Part shown: piece by piece, positions 21,201-30,668 of the stretch
Layout of the letters: every line of letters begins with the position of its first letter
How positions within the stretch are numbered: position 1 is the first letter of the stretch
DNA from: Planctomycetota bacterium
GTDB lineage: Bacteria > Planctomycetota > UBA11346
Length of the DNA: 32,911 bases
Assembly (NCBI GenBank): GCA_038231435.1
Contig: JBBRLJ010000051.1
Coordinates: 1-32,911, forward strand
Direction: 5' to 3'
Notes under the pieces: model-generated
What the model was told of the DNA's origin: nothing
The model's database searches: none
The model's input: the letters and a program-made list of their open reading frames with translations, nothing else
Program-made: the position numbers and the translations under genes

Positions 21201-21618
21201 CAGTGCTGGCGGACATCGCGACTGCCGGAGCCACTGCGGGGCGGAGCTGCCCGGCCGCGATGAGCTGCGCCGCCGCTGCAAGCAGGGCCGCGTGCTCATA
21301 TGGCTTGGACATGCAGCCCGGCGCCGGTCCCGCGATGTTCGCCAGGAGCCCCCGGATGTGGTCCCGATCGGCGAGCAGCAGGATGGGGAGCGCGGCGGTG
21401 GGAGCGTTCGCGCGCAGCACGCGAGCCAGAGCGACTCCGTCCTGGTCTGGGAGTTCGGGATCGATGATCGCGAGGTCGTACCCGCTGGTGGCGAGCGCGG
21501 CGACCACCGCCGCCGCGCTCGCACATGCCGTGACGACGTATCCCGCTTCGGTGAGGATCTCATCGAGATCCATGCGCTGGGTCAGGCCAAGGGCGGCGAC
21601 GAGGATGGACCGCTTCAC
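18226..21618 (-). CDS. Cytoplasmic hybrid histidine kinase: REC-REC-REC-HisKA-HATPase-REC-REC-HPt
   Basis: Five receiver-like segments, [29 protein letters not shown] and C-terminal HPt-like [12 protein letters not shown] start overlaps the cheB stop. Confidence 0.93.
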
Positions 21619-22694
21619 GACGTGCCTCCCGAGCGCGCCCCCGCGAGCTCCTGGATCTCGAGGGCGATCTCATCGATCGGCAGGATCCGTTGCGCGGCAC
21701 CCAGCCGGATCGCCTCGCGCGGCATGCCGAACACCACCGAGGTGGCCTCGTCCTGGGCGATGGTAGAGCCTCCGGCCTTCTTGAGCGCCAGCATGCCCTC
21801 CGCTCCATCGCGGCCCATACCGGTCAACAGCACGGCGATGGCGTCGCGGCCGCAATCGGCGGCGATCGATTCGAAGAGCGTGTCCACCGAGGGACGACAG
21901 AAATGACGCTCGGGGCCATCGCTCAATGCGATGCGCCCGTTCGCGAGCACCAGATGGCGATCGGCATGAGCGACGATCACCCGCCCGTGGCCTCGTCCCG
22001 GCAGCGTTTCGCCGTCGCGGGCGACCGCGACCTCGAGCTTGCATTGCTGGTCGAGCCACTCGGCGAGCGCGACGCCGAATGGCTTTCCCATGTGCACGAC
22101 CAGCAGGATCGGCAGCGGGAAATCGGCGGGCAGGCTCGAGAGGATGGTCAGGACCGCGCTCGGACCACCGGTGGACGCGCCGATCGCCACCACTTTCGCC
22201 GACCCGGGCATGTGTCGCTCGGAGCGCCCTGCGGGAAGCGTCCGCCCATAGTCCGGCAGCCGCGCGCGCGGATGGGTGATCACCGCGATGCGCGCGACCA
22301 GCTTGACCCGGGCGACCAGGCGCTGGTCCCAGCCTTCGCCCACCTCGAGGTCGCCACCCGGCTTGTCCAGCACATCGACGGCCCCGGCTGCGAGGGCGTC
22401 GAATGATTTGAAGAGCTCGCCGCGATTGGTGGACGCCGAGACGATGAGGATCGGCGTCGGGGTGAACGCCATGATGCGCTCGGTGGCCTCGAGCCCAGTC
22501 ATCACCGGCATCATCATGTCGAGCGTGACGACGTTGGGACGTAGACGGGCGCACATCTCGACGCCAGCTCTGCCATCGCCGCACTCGCCGACCACCTCGA
22601 TGTCCGGGTCCGCGGACAGGACCTCCACGAGATAACGCCGAACCGTCAGGGAATCCTCGACTACCAGCACGCGTATCCGTCCTCTCGGCTGCAT
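21615..22694 (-). CDS. cheB: Chemotaxis methylesterase CheB (REC plus methylesterase)
   Basis: VLVVEDS receiver; catalytic triad motifs IGASTGG, VVHM and LTGMGRDGA; also RPSVD and FGMP. Confidence 0.95.
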   Translation of the reverse strand: MQPRGRIRVLVVEDSLTVRRYLVEVLSADPDIEVVGECGDGRAGVEMCARLRPNVVTLDMMMPVMTGLEATERIMAFTPTPILIVSASTNRGELFKSFDALAAGAVDVLDKPGGDLEVGEGWDQRLVARVKLVARIAVITHPRARLPDYGRTLPAGRSERHMPGSAKVVAIGASTGGPSAVLTILSSLPADFPLPILLVVHMGKPFGVALAEWLDQQCKLEVAVARDGETLPGRGHGRVIVAHADRHLVLANGRIALSDGPERHFCRPSVDTLFESIAADCGRDAIAVLLTGMGRDGAEGMLALKKAGGSTIAQDEATSVVFGMPREAIRLGAAQRILPIDEIALEIQELAGARSGGTS

Positions 22695-22695
22695 C

Positions 22696-24717
22696 TCAGC
22701 CGACCAGCGAGCGGATGGTGTCGAGGAAGCGTCCCTGATCGAACTCGCCCTTGACGATGTAGGCCCGCGCTCCGGCCTCGAGCCCCTTGCGCCGGTGCTC
22801 CGGCGTCGACAGCGAGGTCACCAGGATAGCCGGGATCTCGCGCAGCTTCGCATCCGCACGCGTGGTCGCGACGAATTCGAAGCCGTTCATGCCCGGCATC
22901 TCCACATCCACGACGAACAACGCATAAGCCTCGCGGTTGGCGCGCTCCAGGCCCTCCTCCGCGGACGAAGCGACCTCGACCTCATAGCCCGCTGATTCGA
23001 GGATGCTCTGCTCGAGCATGCGCGTGGTCAGTGAATCATCGATCACCAGCACGCGCACGCGTTTCCTGGCGTGCGCGCGCTGCACTGCGAGAGTGCCAGC
23101 GGCGGCCTGAGCCATGAGTGAGCGCGGCTCGAGCACCGGCGCGAGGTTTCCCGACTCGTCGAACGCGATGCCGCTCAGCAGCGGCACCGCGCCAGCAAGT
23201 GCTGGCACTGGCTCGACGACCACTTCGACGCCGCGGGTGACTCGATCGACGAGCAGCGCAATGCGATCAGCACCATCCACCACCACCACTGCGGTCGAAG
23301 CGTCCCGAGGTTCCACCGTGCCCGTGGCTGATCCCAATGCGTGCGCGAGCGACAGGCAAGGGATGATGCGTCCTCCCACGGCGATGCCGCTACCGCTTCC
23401 GGTCGCGACCAGATCGGCGGGACCGAGGCGTACGGCAGATTCGATGGATGCGCGAGGCAGCAGGGCGACCATGCCGCCGCACGAGATCTCGATGGCGGCC
23501 ATGCTGGATCTGGACACCGGCACCACCAGAGTGATCGCGGCGCCGAGACCGTCCCGGGAATCGATCACCACCTCCCCATTCAGGAGCACGGCGGCGTCGC
23601 GCACCACATCCATGCCGATGCCGCGACCGGACACCTGGGATACGCCCTTGGCGGTGCTCACGCCCGGCAACAGGATCATGCGCAGCGCCTGCTCGGCGGA
23701 CATGGCCTTCGCTTGCTCCGGGCTGGCCGCGCCATTGGCTACGGCAGCGGTGATCACGGCGCGACGGTCGATACCACGTCCGTCGTCCCGGCATATGAAC
23801 GCGATCCGATCTCCTCGCCGCTCTATCAGCAACTCGACGCGACCCGACGGTGGCTTACCCGACGCCGATCGCGACTGCGGCTCCTCGATACCATGCACCA
23901 CGGCATTGCGAACCATGTGCTGCAGCGCATCGCGAGCGATGGCGAGCACGTCTCCAGCCAAGCGGGTCTCGCCGCCGCGCGCGGTGAAATCGACCTTTTT
24001 GGTGCACGCCTGCGCCGCATCGTGTGCGGCCCGTTCGAGCGCTGGCAGGATGTCATCCGCCCTGATCAGGCGCAATCGCTCGCCGCTCGCTTGTGCGCGG
24101 ATGACCTGGGTCCGGGCCGCGGCCAGATCCTCTGCGAAATCGCGCCGCAAGGTCCTGGCTGCCGTGGCCAACTCTTCGAGCGCGGTCCGCTGCGAGAGTA
24201 CGTCGGAGACCGTATGCTGACCTGCGCGTTCGGCCCGATCCACCAGTTGCTGGCAATCCGCCTGGCGCCGGGACAAGGCGGTGATCGTGACGCGCGCCTG
24301 AGACAGGTCACCGAGCAGGGCTTCCAAGTCGGTGGAATCGATGCGCGAAACCGCGACAGGTATCGCGCGCTCCACCGGAGCCCCCTTCGTCGCCCCGTCA
24401 GGTACGGGCGCATCGATCGACGACAGGGATGCGGCGATCGCGTCCACAGCCTGCAGCAACTGCGCGGTGACCTCGGGAGTCGCCGGGGAACCGTCGCGGA
24501 ATCCTGCAAACAGGTCCTCGATCGCATGGGCGTGGTCTGCGATCGGCGACTGCCTGACTACCCGCGCCGCGCCCTTCAGGGTGTGCGAAAGGCGTAGGAT
24601 CCGCGCGATGGAATCGGCATCCGATGCATCCTTCCCGAGACGCGTGGCCGCGAGCACGAGACCATCGAGGATCTCGCGCGCCTCCACCCGGAAGAACCGA
24701 TACGGATCCTTGACCAT
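22696..24717 (-). CDS. cheA: CheA-like hybrid kinase (HPt-HATPase-CheW-REC; WspE/FrzE-like)
   Basis: SHTLKGAAR, HMVRNAVVHGIE, DDGRGID, VSGRGIGMDVV, CheW-like segment and C-terminal VLVIDDSLTTR receiver. Confidence 0.93.
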   Translation of the reverse strand: MVKDPYRFFRVEAREILDGLVLAATRLGKDASDADSIARILRLSHTLKGAARVVRQSPIADHAHAIEDLFAGFRDGSPATPEVTAQLLQAVDAIAASLSSIDAPVPDGATKGAPVERAIPVAVSRIDSTDLEALLGDLSQARVTITALSRRQADCQQLVDRAERAGQHTVSDVLSQRTALEELATAARTLRRDFAEDLAAARTQVIRAQASGERLRLIRADDILPALERAAHDAAQACTKKVDFTARGGETRLAGDVLAIARDALQHMVRNAVVHGIEEPQSRSASGKPPSGRVELLIERRGDRIAFICRDDGRGIDRRAVITAAVANGAASPEQAKAMSAEQALRMILLPGVSTAKGVSQVSGRGIGMDVVRDAAVLLNGEVVIDSRDGLGAAITLVVPVSRSSMAAIEISCGGMVALLPRASIESAVRLGPADLVATGSGSGIAVGGRIIPCLSLAHALGSATGTVEPRDASTAVVVVDGADRIALLVDRVTRGVEVVVEPVPALAGAVPLLSGIAFDESGNLAPVLEPRSLMAQAAAGTLAVQRAHARKRVRVLVIDDSLTTRMLEQSILESAGYEVEVASSAEEGLERANREAYALFVVDVEMPGMNGFEFVATTRADAKLREIPAILVTSLSTPEHRRKGLEAGARAYIVKGEFDQGRFLDTIRSLVG

Positions 24718-24719
24718 GT

Positions 24720-26177
24720 TCAGGCGCTCGAGGTGACCAGCTTGGCGAGGTCCTTCGACAGCCCGGCTAACTGGGACGACGCCTGGAAGGTCTGCGACGT
24801 GCTGGTCTCCATCTCGCGCGCGGCGATCGCGACGCTGCCGATCGCGAGGTTCACCTGCTCGACGGCGCTGGATTGCTGCTTGGTGCTCAGCTCGATCTCG
24901 CGCGCGGCCTCGGAGGTGGTGCCCACCGATTCGGCGATGCGCGAGAAACTGGCAGCCACCTCGCCGAAGCGCCGTTGACCCGAGTCTACCGCCTTGGATC
25001 CGTTCTCGGTAGCCATGACCGCGGCATTGGCTACCGCGCGGATCTGCTCGATGAGCGGCCTGATCTCCTTGGCAGAACCCCCTACCCGGTCGGCGAGCTT
25101 GCGGATCTCATCGGCGACGACGGCGAACCGCTTGCCCGCGTCGCCAGCCCCGGCCGATTCGATGGTGGCGTTGATCGCCAGGATGTTGGTCTGCTCGGCG
25201 AGCTCGCCGATGATCTCGAGGATCGATCCGATCTGCTGCGAGCGGCGGCCGAGATCGACCATGTGCTCGACGATGACATCGACCTGCCGGCGGATCCCGC
25301 CGATCGCCTCATGAGCTTGGTCCACGGTGGCCTTGCCCGAGCGTGCTGCGTTCGCCGTCTCGTCGGCGATTCGCGCGACACGCTGCGCACTCTCGGCGAT
25401 CTGGCGCGAGCTGGTCATCAGCTCCTTGATGGTGGTGGTGATCTCGGTCGCGGCGGTCGCTTGCTCCTTGGAGCCGCTGGCCTGCTGATTGGCGGCGGCC
25501 TGGAGCTCGGTCGAGGCAGATTGCATGTCGGAAACTGCGCTGCCGATCTGCCGCGTCAGCGATCTCGCCAGCATGAATCCGCCGCCAGCGAGGAGGATGA
25601 GCGCGACCAGCGTACCACCGAAGAGCGTCCATTTGGCGAGGTTGGCCTTGGCGTGGGCGGCGTCCGTCTCGCGCGCCAGCTTGATGCGCAGCGCGGACTC
25701 CATCCCGTCCTCGATCTCCTGGATCCTGACGACCTCTACATTGTCGTCCTCGACGAGCTTGGATGCCGCCTCGAACCCGCCTTCCTTGCGCGCCGCCATG
25801 AGCTTCTCGAGCTGATCGCTCTCGATGCGCAGCTGGCGCTTGAGCTCATCAAGACCAGCGAGCGATTCCCCGTCCTGAAGCGCCGCTTCCGCCGAGGCCG
25901 TCAGCTTCGGCAGATTCGCGAGCGTGGCATGGGCCTTCTCGCCCATGGCCGACGTCCCTGTCAGGACATAGACATGCGCCTGATCCTCGCTCACCTGGAT
26001 GCCCGAAATGAGATCACCGAGCGCATCGATGACGGCGTGGGTCGTCTCGACGCGTCCGTTCGCCTCCAACAGCACCTGGTTGCTCCAATGGGCGATCGCG
26101 CACAGGCCAGCCATGGCAGCCAAGGCAACGAGCAATCCCGCGCCGATCTTCTTGGTGAACGTCCAGGTTTGGCTCAT
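24720..26177 (-). CDS. Methyl-accepting chemotaxis protein with 2 TM and a helical (CHASE3-like) periplasmic domain
   Basis: Signalling tip [36 protein letters not shown]; two hydrophobic segments; QQ/EQ methylation-type pairs. Confidence 0.94.
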   Translation of the reverse strand: MSQTWTFTKKIGAGLLVALAAMAGLCAIAHWSNQVLLEANGRVETTHAVIDALGDLISGIQVSEDQAHVYVLTGTSAMGEKAHATLANLPKLTASAEAALQDGESLAGLDELKRQLRIESDQLEKLMAARKEGGFEAASKLVEDDNVEVVRIQEIEDGMESALRIKLARETDAAHAKANLAKWTLFGGTLVALILLAGGGFMLARSLTRQIGSAVSDMQSASTELQAAANQQASGSKEQATAATEITTTIKELMTSSRQIAESAQRVARIADETANAARSGKATVDQAHEAIGGIRRQVDVIVEHMVDLGRRSQQIGSILEIIGELAEQTNILAINATIESAGAGDAGKRFAVVADEIRKLADRVGGSAKEIRPLIEQIRAVANAAVMATENGSKAVDSGQRRFGEVAASFSRIAESVGTTSEAAREIELSTKQQSSAVEQVNLAIGSVAIAAREMETSTSQTFQASSQLAGLSKDLAKLVTSSA

Positions 26178-26764
26178 GACAGGGATCCTTGTGGAGAGGC
26201 GGGAGCGACTGATGACGTGGCAGGCGATGGGGGAGATGGCGGGTCGAGTCGAGACAGGGAATCCTTGAGCGAACGCAGGTCGATGATGCCGCGCTGATCC
26301 GTTTCGATGGAGACCACGCGGCGCACGTACCGGGCGGCGGCGTCGCGCAGCGACAACAGCGGAGCATCGATATGCGCCTGGAGGCGCTCGAAGGCGAAGC
26401 CGAGTTGGTCATCGACCAGCGCCATCCATCTCATGGATGGCGCCAACCCAGCCGCGCCCGTGAGCCCCAAGAGCGCCGCGAGATCGAATACCGGCAGGAT
26501 CCGACCGCGCACCGCTACGACGCCGAGCAGATCGCGCCTCGAACCTGGAAGAGAGAGCAGGCGCGGCATAAGTGCCACACCGCTGAGCTCCGACAGGTCG
26601 AGGCACAGCTCGGAATCGCCGACACGCACCAGCAGCAACCTCGCCATCGCTGGCGGAGGCGGTGGTGGAGGCAGCGCGAATCCGCCGTCGAATCCCGCGC
26701 GCAGCGCCGACAAGGCTGATGCGGAAGATGTGAAATCCGCTGGCGATGATCCGGCACCGCTCAT
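26174..26764 (-). CDS. cheW: CheW-like adaptor
   Basis: [26 protein letters not shown] overlaps on both sides. Confidence 0.9.
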   Translation of the reverse strand: MSGAGSSPADFTSSASALSALRAGFDGGFALPPPPPPPAMARLLLVRVGDSELCLDLSELSGVALMPRLLSLPGSRRDLLGVVAVRGRILPVFDLAALLGLTGAAGLAPSMRWMALVDDQLGFAFERLQAHIDAPLLSLRDAAARYVRRVVSIETDQRGIIDLRSLKDSLSRLDPPSPPSPATSSVAPASPQGSLS

Positions 26765-28278
26765 GTATGGGCCCCAAGCGCGGCGAGCTCATTGCGGCAC
26801 ATCTCGGTCAGCGTTTCGCGATTGAAGCCGCCGCCGAAGAGCAGGATACGGCCTGAATCCTCGCGCGGGAGCAGAGCCAGCGCTTCGCGCAGCTCGCGGC
26901 CGGCGAGTTCGCGATCTCCGCCGCGGCGCGCGAGGACCCCGAGATGCAGGCGCGGCATCGCGAAGCCCGGATCGAGATAGGCGGCGGCGCGGGCGTGGCG
27001 CACGGAGCTTGCCGTGTCGCCGCGCCGCTGGGCGCACAAGGCCTCGAGGAAATGCGCTCCGGCATCGAGGTCGTCGAGCGCATGGATGCGATGGCACATC
27101 GCTTCGGCTTCGCCGATGGCGCCTTTGAAGACGAGCACGGCGGCGCGCAGGATGAGTGCATCAACATCGGTGGAACCTGGCTCCTCGCCGACGCCGTCCA
27201 AGCGTTCCATGGCTTCATCGAAGCGGTCCTCGCTGAACGACTCTCGGGCGGCAGCCAGGGCCGCCATCCGCGCCGCGAACCCTGACGCCGTGGCCGCACC
27301 ACGCTGGGAATCGTCGGCTCCGGAGAGCTCCGCTATGCGCTCGTTGGATCTGGTAATGGCCTCGCACCACGTCGCCCCGTCGGCCGGAGGTCTTGATGCG
27401 GATGCCGCGACCGCGGGAGGAATGGGATCTGGAGCGGCGTCGGACCTATCCCGCCGTTGGTAGTAGAAGCATTCATGGGTGTTGCGCAGCGCGAAGTCGT
27501 GCGAAACGCCGCGCAGCGTTTCAGCGTGGCCCAAGAACAGGTACCCATCCGGCGCCAGGACCCGCGCGAACCGCTCGACCAGCGACCCCATCGCTTCGGG
27601 CGTGAGATAGATGAGGAGGTTCCGGCAGAAGATCACGTCGTAGGCGCCCGCGTGCCAAAAGCCCGGATCGGGTTCCGCCACGTTGCGCTCCTCGAATCGC
27701 ACCATGGAGATCAGCCGGCGCGAGATGCGGAATTCATTGCCCGAGCGTTCGAACCAGCGCGTCTGTTCCTCCACCGACGCCTCGCGCATGGACCACGCGG
27801 TGTAGACGCCGGTCTTGGCCTTGCTCAAGGCGGCATGGCTCATGTCCAGGCCGTGGATCGAGACCTCCCAATCGGCGAACTCCGGACGATCGCCCAGTAC
27901 CATCGCCAGCGTGTACGGCTCCTCGCCGGAAGCGCATCCGACCGACAGGATGCGCAGCCGCCGCGAGCCGCGCCGCGAGCGGGCGAGATCGGGCAGGACC
28001 ACCTCGGCGAACGCGCGGAAGTGATCGCGGCACCGATAGAAGTACGTCTCGCCGACCGAAACCTTCGCAGCCAGCTGCCGCCACTCTTCACCGCCCGCCG
28101 ACCCCTCGAGGAAAGACAGGTATTCCTCGGCCCGAGCATGACCGCGCGCCGCCATGCGCTCGTGGAGGAGCTCCGCCAACGGTTCCACCTGTCCTTCATC
28201 GATGCGTAATCCGAGCCGGCGGGTCACCACCGCACCGAACCTCTGGGCGTCGATGGTAGAGCAGACGACGTCGCTCAT
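26761..28278 (-). CDS. cheR: CheR methyltransferase with C-terminal TPR (WspC/FrzF-like)
   Basis: SVGETYFYR, ILSVGCASGEEPYT, YDVIFCRNLLIY, LFLGHAE and TPR-like tail (AAAYLDPGFAMPRLHLG). ATG 28278 with GGAGG and ATGA overlap. Confidence 0.93.
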   Translation of the reverse strand: MSDVVCSTIDAQRFGAVVTRRLGLRIDEGQVEPLAELLHERMAARGHARAEEYLSFLEGSAGGEEWRQLAAKVSVGETYFYRCRDHFRAFAEVVLPDLARSRRGSRRLRILSVGCASGEEPYTLAMVLGDRPEFADWEVSIHGLDMSHAALSKAKTGVYTAWSMREASVEEQTRWFERSGNEFRISRRLISMVRFEERNVAEPDPGFWHAGAYDVIFCRNLLIYLTPEAMGSLVERFARVLAPDGYLFLGHAETLRGVSHDFALRNTHECFYYQRRDRSDAAPDPIPPAVAASASRPPADGATWCEAITRSNERIAELSGADDSQRGAATASGFAARMAALAAARESFSEDRFDEAMERLDGVGEEPGSTDVDALILRAAVLVFKGAIGEAEAMCHRIHALDDLDAGAHFLEALCAQRRGDTASSVRHARAAAYLDPGFAMPRLHLGVLARRGGDRELAGRELREALALLPREDSGRILLFGGGFNRETLTEMCRNELAALGAHT

Positions 28279-28739
28279 GAAAGCGCCTCCGTTCCCGGCA
28301 TGGCCTGCCAAGCTTCAGGCGGGACCAGGCGGCCAGCGTCGAAGAGCACCATCAACTCATGGCCGATGGCGCCGAGCCCGGCGATCGCCCCGCCCCCAGC
28401 CGCGGACAGCAGCGGCGGCATCAGGGACAGGGTAGCTGCATCGAAGGAGCGGAGGCCGATCACCTCGTCGACAGCGGCAACGAAGACGCCCTCTGCGGAG
28501 CGCAGAGAGATGAATCTCGATATCGCCCGCGACGAGGCACCGCTCATCAGCGCGCCCAGATCGACGACCGGCGCCGGTACTCCGCGCACGATCGCGATGC
28601 CGAGCATCCAGGTCGCGAATCCCGCAACCTGCTGGCAGGTCATCGGTCGCATGGTTTCGCGGACCAGGGACATGGGGAAGGCGGCATAGCGCCCTCCCGC
28701 CCGTGTCACCAGCACGGGCGTTCCCTCGCCTGGGTTCAT
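28275..28739 (-). CDS. cheW: CheW-like adaptor
   Basis: VRETMRP, MLGIAIVRGVPAPVVDLGAL and AVDEVIG. Confidence 0.9.
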   Translation of the reverse strand: MNPGEGTPVLVTRAGGRYAAFPMSLVRETMRPMTCQQVAGFATWMLGIAIVRGVPAPVVDLGALMSGASSRAISRFISLRSAEGVFVAAVDEVIGLRSFDAATLSLMPPLLSAAGGGAIAGLGAIGHELMVLFDAGRLVPPEAWQAMPGTEALS

Positions 28740-29497
28740 CGATCTCGCCCGTCCGCGGAGCGCTCCCTATCGTCGAGCCGGCGCGCTGCCTCCATCAGCA
28801 GAAACGTCACCGAGGCCTGCACCTGCTCTTCCGAAGCAGGCGGCGCGCACTCGCCGGCGGTGAAGGAGAATTGTCCCGCCCACCAGCCGAGCGCCTGATA
28901 GACTGCGTCGACTCCACGTAGGCGCTGATCACCATCGGTGGTTGCACCTATGACCACTCCATTGCGGAATCTGAGTCTAGTGATCAGGGACTCGCCGGTG
29001 AGCGTGAGCTCGCCCGATTTGCGCTCGTTCGACAGCAGGTTCAGCAGGGATGCCGGCCCGAACTGGCCGACATCACCTACGAACATCGCGTTCGCCTGGA
29101 GGCCCTGCTTGGCGGCATTCGCCATGCCCATGGCGCGCTGGATCGAGCGATCGACCCTGAAGCGCAGCTCGGCGGTGTTCACCGGCTTGCCGATATAATC
29201 ATCTGCGCCGAGGCCAAAACCGCGGAGGCGATGGTGATCCTCGTGAAGGACGGTGAGGAAGATCACCGGAACCATGCCAGCCTCGGGCATGGCGCGCAGC
29301 GCCTGCACGAATCGCCAACCGTCCATGCGCGGCATGATCACGTCGGTGATGACCAGATCAGGGACGCGCTCGCGGATCGACGCGAGACCCAGGTCGCCAT
29401 CGGCCGCGCTGGCGATGCTGTGGCGATCCTTGCCGAGGGTCGCGGTGAGCACCTTCCGGGACAGCGCGTCATCGTCGACGATCAAGATGTGTGCCAT
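28736..29497 (-). CDS. Response regulator with C-terminal DUF4388 (PATAN-like) domain
   Basis: ILIVDDD, LVITDVIMPRMDG and GADDYIGKP, then GDVGQFGPASLLNLLSNERKSGELTL, FRNGVVIGA, WWAGQFSF and LLMEAARRLDD. Confidence 0.88.
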   Translation of the reverse strand: MAHILIVDDDALSRKVLTATLGKDRHSIASAADGDLGLASIRERVPDLVITDVIMPRMDGWRFVQALRAMPEAGMVPVIFLTVLHEDHHRLRGFGLGADDYIGKPVNTAELRFRVDRSIQRAMGMANAAKQGLQANAMFVGDVGQFGPASLLNLLSNERKSGELTLTGESLITRLRFRNGVVIGATTDGDQRLRGVDAVYQALGWWAGQFSFTAGECAPPASEEQVQASVTFLLMEAARRLDDRERSADGRDR

Positions 29498-30648
29498 GGG
29501 CTGCCTTTCTTCACCTGGCCTAGGGGCCTGGGTGCCGGGGTAACCGGAATGGTGAACCAGAAGCGGCTGCCCCGTGGGGCACCGTCTGCAACGATGTTCG
29601 CGATGGCGATCGAACCGCCATGCGCCTCAACGGCGAGCTTGCAGAACGGCAGGCCGAGGCCGGTGGAATACGGGCGGATGGCGAGGTCCGAGCCGAGGCT
29701 GCCGAATTTCTCGAAAATCCGCTGATGGAAGCGTTCCGGGACGCCGGGACCAGAATCGGCGACGGAAATCTCGGCGATGCCTCCCGACACCCTGCCCGTC
29801 ACCGTGACCTGAGAATCCTTGGGCGAATACTTGAATGAGTTGGTGACCAGATTGGACACCACCCTGCGGATGAGGCCGCAATCGCAGACGACGCTGCCAC
29901 CCTGCACATCGATCACGATGGTTCGCCCTCGCGCCAATGCGCGAACCGGCTCGATCGCGTCCTCGCACAGGCCCTTGAGATCGCACGGCTCGAGGACCAA
30001 CGGCATCTCTCCGGACTCGAAACGACTGATGTCGAGGATCGAGCTGATCATCTCCATCATCGAACCGCTGATGGCGAACGACCGGTCTATGTCGGCAGCC
30101 AGCTCTGGGTCTACCGCCTCTCGGCCTTCGCGCAGGAACGACTCGAGGTACAGGCGGATGGCGAACAACGGCGAACGTAGGTCGTGGACCACCATGTGCA
30201 CCAGGCTGTCGCGCATATCCTCGGATCGGCGCAGCTGCGAATACGATTCGCGGACGCAGTCGAGCAGCCGTTTCAGATGCACGGCATTGCGCACGCGCAA
30301 TGCGATATCCTGGGTATCGATGGGCTTGAGCAGGAAGTCGTTCGCGCCAGCGGCGATTCCACGCAGTCGCACCGCACGGTCGGATAATGACGTGATGAGC
30401 AGCACCGGCACGTGCTCCGACCGCGGCTCCTGCTTGATGCGCTCGCACAGGCCGAGGCCATCGATCCCCGGCATCATCACATCCAGGAGGATGACGTCCG
30501 GCGGATCCTCGGCGATGGCCTTCAGGAGCTCCTAGCTCCCCCTGTCTGCGACCTCCACGCGATGTCCCTTGGCCTCGAGGACTCCGCGCAGCAGCTGCCG
30601 GTTCATCTCTCCGTCATCGACGACCAGCACCCGGGCAGGCTTGTTCAT
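29482..30648 (-). pseudogene. REC-HisKA-HATPase kinase interrupted by an in-frame TAG at codon 39 (30532-30534); pseudogene, readthrough or sequence error
   Basis: From ATG 30648 the frame reads MNKPARVLVVDDGEMNRQLLRGVLEAKGHRVEVADRGS*ELLKAIAEDPPDVILLDVMMPGIDG and continues in the same frame into ORF 29482-30480 (VVHDLRSPL, NLVTNSFKYS, STGLGL). Confidence 0.85.
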
Positions 30649-30668
30649 GTCCACCGACCGGCCATCGA

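Noticed and set aside
30532..30534. Genome-wide TAG reassignment or pyrrolysine
   Set aside because: TAG ends several genes at natural C-termini (9960, 11606, 12881, 14641), and no pyl genes are in the window.
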